Source: Marsupella aquatica
Lineage: Eukaryota; Plantae; Marchantiophyta
NCBI GenBank assembly: GCA_973895155.1
Contig: OZ316897.1
Coordinates: forward strand, 6,872,470 to 6,936,469
DNA length: 64,000 bases
Reading direction: 5' to 3'
Made by a program: the position numbers and the translations under genes. The stretch's first letter is position 1. Each line of letters begins with the position of its first letter. The notes below the pieces were generated by a model. The model was not told the origin of the DNA. It saw only the letters and a program-made list of their open reading frames with translations, and made no database searches. This document shows, piece after piece, positions 58,269-64,000 of the stretch.

Positions 58269-61200
58269 TGTGATGCCTAGACAGGAATCACTCGGCCGGT
58301 TAAGTGGGTAAAGCAGGAAGGCACCCTAGGAACACCTTAGTATAGTGACAAAACAAGGAAAATATAAACAATTAGGGGCAACCATGGAACCCGGGCTGAG
58401 GCCGGAGGTAAGGCTAAGGGTGAAAACCCAATTAGGGTTAGGGCGCGTTAAGCGTCGGCGGCTAGGAAGGATCAACGGGAAGAAGGACCGGCAGAGGAGA
58501 GGGGTAAGGAGCGCTTGCAGGAGATGGTGGCTCATTTGCGAGCACAAACTAGGCAGACGACTACGGGAGGCCAACTACTGTCAGCTGCTTAGGCAAGCAC
58601 TCGGGGAGAGAGTAGATACCGACGATCGACCTAAGGAGGGTATGAGCAACGTCAATCAAGCGGCACATTTCTGGGGATGCCTGTTCGAACGGGCAACTGA
58701 GTACATCAAGACTTACGAGGACGAGGAGTCAGAAAGGGCAGCTCGAGAACGGCAGGAGCTCGCTCGATTGTGGGAGCTGCAGAAGACGGCTTTCTTAGGA
58801 GGCGAACTCATCAAGGACGAGTTCATGTGGACGCCTACTTCCAATCAACTCGACGATCTTCTGTTTTGCAAAGACAGCGTCGTCGGCATCCGAGAGGCCA
58901 TCAAGAACTGCAACGACATACACTGGGAATTAAAGGGTAGCACGGAAAGGTGGACCCAGGCAACAGTGCTAGGAGAAACCTCCACGGCAGCAGAGATGAA
59001 GAGGAAGGGAGCCGTCAACGATGAAGCCACCCCGGCAAAAAGAACGAGGTCGGCGGCACCAAAGAAGCCAGCCGAGCAGCAGAGCAGGAGGCAGGGAGAA
59101 GCCGAAGAGGAGGAGGTCGATCCCATCAAGGCCATTCCAACCAGGGATGACACCTGGAAGGGCTGGGCGGCAACCCTACCGGTGGAGGTGCAACTACATT
59201 TTGCACGGGAGGAGGATGCATGCTTTACGGCCATGCAGACCAAGAAGTACCAAGGCTTCATGGCCGGATCCGGCTTGGAGGCCTTTGTAAGATTACCATG
59301 GCTGAAGCCGGAGGTACCGGAGTCAGACCTATTAGAATTCGTGGGGTCATGGGAACCCGAGACCAATTGCACGAGGATATATGGGAGGGATTTCTATCTT
59401 ACTCCCAAGGTAATTGCCGAAGTGTTTGGCCTGCCGATAGGCAATAAGACCAAAGTTGATACCAGGAAGACCTTGCCTGACAAGGAGTTCCGGTCGTTCC
59501 CCGGGCCATCAACGAAGAATGGCTTCTTCCGAAACACCTGCACCAACCCGCACATAGGAGAGATGATCGACTTCTTGCGGGTGACCATGCATTGTAACTT
59601 GCCGAGGGCAGAGATCGGCAAGGCACAGGTCTATCTGGCAGAAAGGCCAGACCCAAGCCGGGACTACAACGGGTACCTCCTCAACCAATTGAAGAAGATC
59701 TTAAAGGAGGAGCAGCAGGTAATCGGCATGGGGAGCGTGTCGCGGCTTGGCTATCACATGCCGCTGTTGTGCCGGTATGCCAGAGGTCAGACTTTTGCCC
59801 TGGTACTTCCCCTGCAGGTAAGAGCACCCGAGGAAGCTCCAACACCGAGGCCGTTGGCTGAGAAGCCTCAACCACCTGTTAGTCCTATGATCAAGCAGGT
59901 GTTTAGGCCCAGGAAGGAAGACTTGCCGATGCAGCAACCAGGCATGCAGAGTCTGCTGAAACTACTGGAGAAAGAAAAGAAATCGGCATCGGCAACAACA
60001 ACGGCAACGGCAACAATGCAGGACACTATTACAGAGGTAGGCCTACACCGGCTCACAAGAGAAAACCCCTTTGCTGGAGACAAGGAGAGAATCAGGCCGG
60101 AATCCAAGCCAGGTGTTCGAATGTACGTGGGAACCTCAAGCTCCGAATCTGAGGCAGAATTGCCTGAAGCTCCTACCGACGAAGAGGAGAGGGAGAAGCC
60201 GGACGTCCAAGAGGTAGAGGAGGCAGTGGAGGACTGCAGCCATGATAATTCCGGCTATGGGTCGGACCATCACGTTCCAGGAGTAAGGACCTGTGGCTGG
60301 TTTGTCCCCACACTTCCAAGGGTAGTGCGAGGGGACCCCAACCAGCAGAGTAGCCCTGAGTCTCCCCCACCAGATGTTGCTCCCCCGAGCTTCGACGGCA
60401 TAAAACAGACGGTGCAGGAATTTCAGGAGCGAATCAAGCAGGAGGAAGAGGCCGCCCTGGCTAAGGAAAAGGATTTACCAGGAGGAGATTGGCCGAAGGA
60501 CATCAGGCGGCTAGCCGAAAAAGGAAGCAAACCTCTAGCCACGATTGAAGAGATCCGCAGGACGGCTTGGGAGCAGAGGCCACGATGGGCGATGCCGATC
60601 ACTTCTACTTACTCCACCTACGCTAAGAATAGAGCCATGGAGTATGGTGAGATGTGTGGGGAACTTGCGCTCGGCATCTTTGGAGAGGAGTTGGAGATAG
60701 GACCCTTTTTCCATAGGGAGCAGTTGGAGAAGCACCAATTAGAAGAAGCGGTGGCTTTAGAGAGAAGCAAGAAGGACGAGGTCATTCGGTGGCTTAGGAG
60801 GATGGAAGCCGAGATTGAAGTTCTAAGGGCGGCCAAGAAAGCCCAAGATGAACTGCGGATTAAACGACATGAGCTGAACATCATGCAGGGGCAGTTGGAC
60901 ACCGCGCAGGCTGATAATCAGAATATCAAGGATAAACTGACTCAGACGCAGGAAGAGTTGGCCGACACGATCAAAGAGAGGGAGAAGTGGAAGCAAGAGC
61001 TGAAGAATACAGAGGAGGCCCACATAACAGCCAACAGCCGGGCCATGGCGGAGACCCAAAGAAAGGAATGGGCGTTGAAAGGGGAGCTCGAGAAAATCCG
61101 CGGAGCCCTTGAGCAGAAGGAGGTCGAGTTAGGGAAATCCTATCAAGGGATTATGGCGCTGCAACAGGAGCTTGCGTCCCTGACGGCCAGCTTCAAGGCC

Positions 61201-62821
61201 GACCTAAGGGAGAAGGACGAGATGCTCGAACAGACTTACGCCAAGATGAACCAGATGGAGTCTGTCATCATTGCAGAGCTCGACAAGGAGCTAAGAGCAA
61301 CCCAGGAGGAGAGGGCTACCTTGAAGAAGGAATTGGAGGAAGCCCACAGGGAGCAGGAGGAGGCCAAAAACGAGCTGGAGGGGGCACGTAAGGACCTGGA
61401 TGAAACCCAAGAGGAGTTGGAGGAAATCACGAGGAAGATGGAGAACCTACAGCGGCGGGCCGACAACCAAACAGAGCGGCTGAAGAAACAAGCCGCAGTA
61501 TTTAAATGCTTAGCTGCAGCAGGTCCATCTCCCGTTGGGACAAACCAGTTACCAGGGGTGGTAATTGCCGAAGGACAAGCCGCGCCACCTGCACCAGTGC
61601 CGGAAGTAAGTGGGAAGGGGAAGGGACCAGCTGCCGAGCCACCAACGAAGAAGAAGCGGAAACCTTCAGGGTCAAGGAGTAATACGACTTCACAGGCCGT
61701 GGTGATCAAGGAGGTAGACCCAGCACCGACCCCAGACAGGGTCACGGCTAAGGATCCAACTACCCTAGGGGAAGGGGAGGCCAAAGCCGAGGGAGTTGAC
61801 TCGGTCAAGGGCAGGTAATCTGTCAGTAGGCGGGCCAACGGCAGTGGCTGAGGAGGAAGTGTTGGGGGCGTCCATTGAGGATCCACCACCGGTGTCGTGA
61901 CGGTGCAAGGGCGCCGTTCCTTTTAGGGAGGGCGGACGTGGAGGGAGGAGGCGTGAGTGGGCAGGGCGGGCGCGGATCTCCACGTTTAGGATTAGGATCA
62001 GAACCAGGAGCGGCCCTGACACTTAGCTTAGTGGGATTGCGGTTCCACTGGTAGGAGCAACACTTGTGCTCCTGCCTTGCTGTACATAGGTAGATTCGGG
62101 CAAGTAGATTACTGTCAGGTAGATTAGGCTTACGATGCAAAGAATGGCGGATCCACTACCAGGATAAGTACCTGGGCAGCGGGGAGCTCAGGGCCTCTTC
62201 TTTAGCAAGTTTTTAGTTTGCACCAGCCGGGCTGGGATCAAGTAGTACGAGAAGCTCTCGGTTAGTCATACAGTGACCCTTGTGTATATTCATGTTTCCT
62301 CATGCCTAAGAGCTGAATAGAGTTGGCCTCACGGCTTAGTTCGCAGAACTTGTGTATGAGATGTACTGTTTGTATGGCAAGTGCATGGTATGACTCGGTC
62401 AGAATGAGTCATTTTGCTATTTGTGTGTCGCATTAACTTGTGTGAAGAGTGCCCACATCAACAGAAGGAAGGAAAGTAAGCAGGGGAGTGAGAGTTGGAT
62501 GTGTCGAGCTGAGAGAGGTCTTAGCGGCTTAACCAAGCCTATTGGGGATCATTCCGGCGGCGGAATCCAAACATACCTAACAAGACGGAGGGGAAGACAG
62601 GGGAAGACAGGGGAAGGCCTATATTAGGCCGGCTACGTATCTCATGACCCGATGAAGGATCTGTCCAGTATATGTGTGTAAAATGTTAATAGTAGTAGTA
62701 GAAGGTTAGCAGCGTCCCATGCCGCTAAGCCGCGGAAACGGCCTCGCCAAGCACGAAACCTGCGGGAATCGGCTTGAGCTGGGGGGTTTCTTGGGTTTAG
62801 GGAGCCATGGGACGCACCACA
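58269..62821 (+). repeat. 5' LTR of family A copy 3 (4553 bp)
   Basis: TGTGATGCC...CACCACA followed by the PBS. Confidence 0.92.
58384..61818 (+). CDS. Intact LTR-encoded accessory protein (about 1144 aa from the first ATG; alternative start at 58642)
   Basis: Uninterrupted frame lying wholly within the LTR. It has KRK/KRTR and KKKRK NLS-like motifs, a PW/EFV/FGLP domain resembling plant-transposon accessory (PMD/Transposase_32-like) domains, and a long coiled coil. Confidence 0.88.
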   Translation: MEPGLRPEVRLRVKTQLGLGRVKRRRLGRINGKKDRQRRGVRSACRRWWLICEHKLGRRLREANYCQLLRQALGERVDTDDRPKEGMSNVNQAAHFWGCLFERATEYIKTYEDEESERAARERQELARLWELQKTAFLGGELIKDEFMWTPTSNQLDDLLFCKDSVVGIREAIKNCNDIHWELKGSTERWTQATVLGETSTAAEMKRKGAVNDEATPAKRTRSAAPKKPAEQQSRRQGEAEEEEVDPIKAIPTRDDTWKGWAATLPVEVQLHFAREEDACFTAMQTKKYQGFMAGSGLEAFVRLPWLKPEVPESDLLEFVGSWEPETNCTRIYGRDFYLTPKVIAEVFGLPIGNKTKVDTRKTLPDKEFRSFPGPSTKNGFFRNTCTNPHIGEMIDFLRVTMHCNLPRAEIGKAQVYLAERPDPSRDYNGYLLNQLKKILKEEQQVIGMGSVSRLGYHMPLLCRYARGQTFALVLPLQVRAPEEAPTPRPLAEKPQPPVSPMIKQVFRPRKEDLPMQQPGMQSLLKLLEKEKKSASATTTATATMQDTITEVGLHRLTRENPFAGDKERIRPESKPGVRMYVGTSSSESEAELPEAPTDEEEREKPDVQEVEEAVEDCSHDNSGYGSDHHVPGVRTCGWFVPTLPRVVRGDPNQQSSPESPPPDVAPPSFDGIKQTVQEFQERIKQEEEAALAKEKDLPGGDWPKDIRRLAEKGSKPLATIEEIRRTAWEQRPRWAMPITSTYSTYAKNRAMEYGEMCGELALGIFGEELEIGPFFHREQLEKHQLEEAVALERSKKDEVIRWLRRMEAEIEVLRAAKKAQDELRIKRHELNIMQGQLDTAQADNQNIKDKLTQTQEELADTIKEREKWKQELKNTEEAHITANSRAMAETQRKEWALKGELEKIRGALEQKEVELGKSYQGIMALQQELASLTASFKADLREKDEMLEQTYAKMNQMESVIIAELDKELRATQEERATLKKELEEAHREQEEAKNELEGARKDLDETQEELEEITRKMENLQRRADNQTERLKKQAAVFKCLAAAGPSPVGTNQLPGVVIAEGQAAPPAPVPEVSGKGKGPAAEPPTKKKRKPSGSRSNTTSQAVVIKEVDPAPTPDRVTAKDPTTLGEGEAKAEGVDSVKGR

Positions 62822-62825
62822 TTTT

Positions 62826-62843
62826 TGGCGCTAGATGGAGGGG
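62826..62843 (+). promoter_or_regulatory. Primer-binding site, probably tRNA-Asn
   Basis: TGGCGCTAGATGGAGGGG directly after the LTR. Confidence 0.8.
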
Positions 62844-62890
62844 GCATTTCTTAAGCCGTGAGATATGAAGTTAGAACGGAAGCATAGGTA

Positions 62891-64000
62891 ATGACTGACC
62901 TTACGCCGAGGGAAGAAAGAGTGATTCAACGGGAGAGAGCTCGACTGCAGCAGCTCGCCGGGTGGCATGATACACAGCGACTGAGAGGGGCAGAAAGAGC
63001 TGGTAGCTCCGAAACTGGAAGTGGCGTCGAAGAAGACATACCAGAAGAAGAGTCGGTAAGGAGAAGTGAGTCTCCAACCGACATGGGGGAACCAGAGGCA
63101 CGGCCAGACGAGAGGCCAGGGACCAGATTGAGCCAGCGGTCGCGCATACATTACAAGGCATTTCATGGGAGAGGAGATGAGGATCCGGACGAATGGTTGG
63201 ATGATTTTGAGGGAACCGCTGCAGCAAATGGAGAATCGGCCATCAAGATGCAGATTCTTCCCGGCCTGTTCAAGGGTGAGGCTAGGCCTTGGTACAGAGC
63301 ATTAGATGTGGAAGATCAAGCCATCTGGGATATCTTCAAAACACTCTTTGTTAAGGAGTTTCGACCCATTGGAACTTCAGAACTAGCAGTGCTGAAGTTG
63401 GGACAACTTCGGTTCAAGGAGAACAAATCCTTCAGGAAGTTCTTGCAACGCTTTCAGAAACTGGTAAGACGTACAAAGACCAATGCATCTGAAGGTATGC
63501 AACTTCAATGGTTGGTGAATGCTTTGCCACAGAAGATGAGTTTTGCAATTAGGAAGGAGAACCCGGAGACTTTAGCCGAAGCAATTAAGGATATTCAATT
63601 ATACATTAATGCAGATATCACAAGCCGGAAGAAACAACTTAAGTCTGAGAGTTCCTCATCAGAGGAGGGATCACCCCATAAGAAAAAAGATAAGAAGAAG
63701 AAACATTCCAAGAAGTCTAGAAGTGATAAGTCAAGCTCGGATAGTGGGAGTAGCAAGAGTGAGTCATCTTCTAGTTCTGAAGAAGAAAAAACTAGGAAAA
63801 GGAAGGGCAGAAGGAGAGGGAAGACGAAGTCAAGATGGAGGCTAAGCCACCAGATAACATCGTAGCCCTTACCGAGCAACTTAAGGCTATCATTGCAGAG
63901 GTAAAACCAAAGAAGAAGGTAGTACAGGAGGATAGCTCTGTATGGTGTGCCTTATGTTATAAAACCGGACACCATAAAGATGCGTGTCCTAAGCTTAATA
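62891..64000 (+). pseudogene. gag: gag of family A copy 3 (1-bp deletion near 63828)
   Basis: Near-identical to 591-1568; the CCHC knuckle continues in the shifted frame at the window end. Confidence 0.85.

Larger units (their letters stand above)
58269..64000 (+). mobile_element. Ty3/gypsy family A, copy 3 (5' LTR, PBS, gag; runs off the right edge)
   Basis: Inserted in opposite orientation into the A' 5' LTR; near-identical to the reverse complement of 1-6298. Confidence 0.93.

Noticed and set aside
58384-61818. env gene or captured host myosin/SMC gene
   Set aside because: No signal peptide or transmembrane helix is evident and NLS-like motifs are present; coiled-coil similarity alone is non-specific.
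62826-62843. tRNA gene
   Set aside because: Only an 18-nt complement of a tRNA 3' end (PBS); no cloverleaf.
63780-63865. Programmed frameshift in gag, since copies 1 and 3 both end in WRLSHQITS
   Set aside because: The causes differ (a 2-bp insertion near 795 versus a 1-bp deletion near 63828) and A' is open through this region, so these are independent mutations or read errors.
1-64000. A ~5.7-kb inverted repeat at both window ends suggesting one giant TIR element
   Set aside because: These are two independent family A insertions in opposite orientation with different flanks (CACTA remnant versus A' LTR); both continue outward into gag.

Overview
This window contains no recognisable host gene; it is a deeply nested array of plant transposable elements (probably a bryophyte such as a liverwort, by inference from the element types). 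The oldest layer is a decayed CACTA element (remnants at 6299-8118 and 19412-19792). Into it are inserted a Mutator-like DNA transposon (MULE-1, about 8119-19411) and two copies of a non-chromoviral Ty3/gypsy family, here called A (1-6298, and 19793 to beyond 58268). The large A copy carries, in turn, solo LTR D, a second Mutator-like element (MULE-2, about 28458-39015), solo LTR B, solo LTR C (itself holding a deleted Bianca copia element) and a third A copy. Two systems stand out. (1) Both divergent MULEs pair a GCM-like/DDE/SWIM transposase with a head-to-head 5-exon gene. Its product has a ParB/Srx-like domain (DGNHR) and a beta-class N4/N6 DNA-methyltransferase-like domain. Each element also carries its own 15-16 bp palindrome repeated only in introns and intergenic DNA. 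(2) The 4-4.7 kb LTRs of three different families each contain a large homologous ORF inside the LTR, so the solo LTRs look like self-contained genes. All domain calls come from reading motifs by eye; no database search was run.
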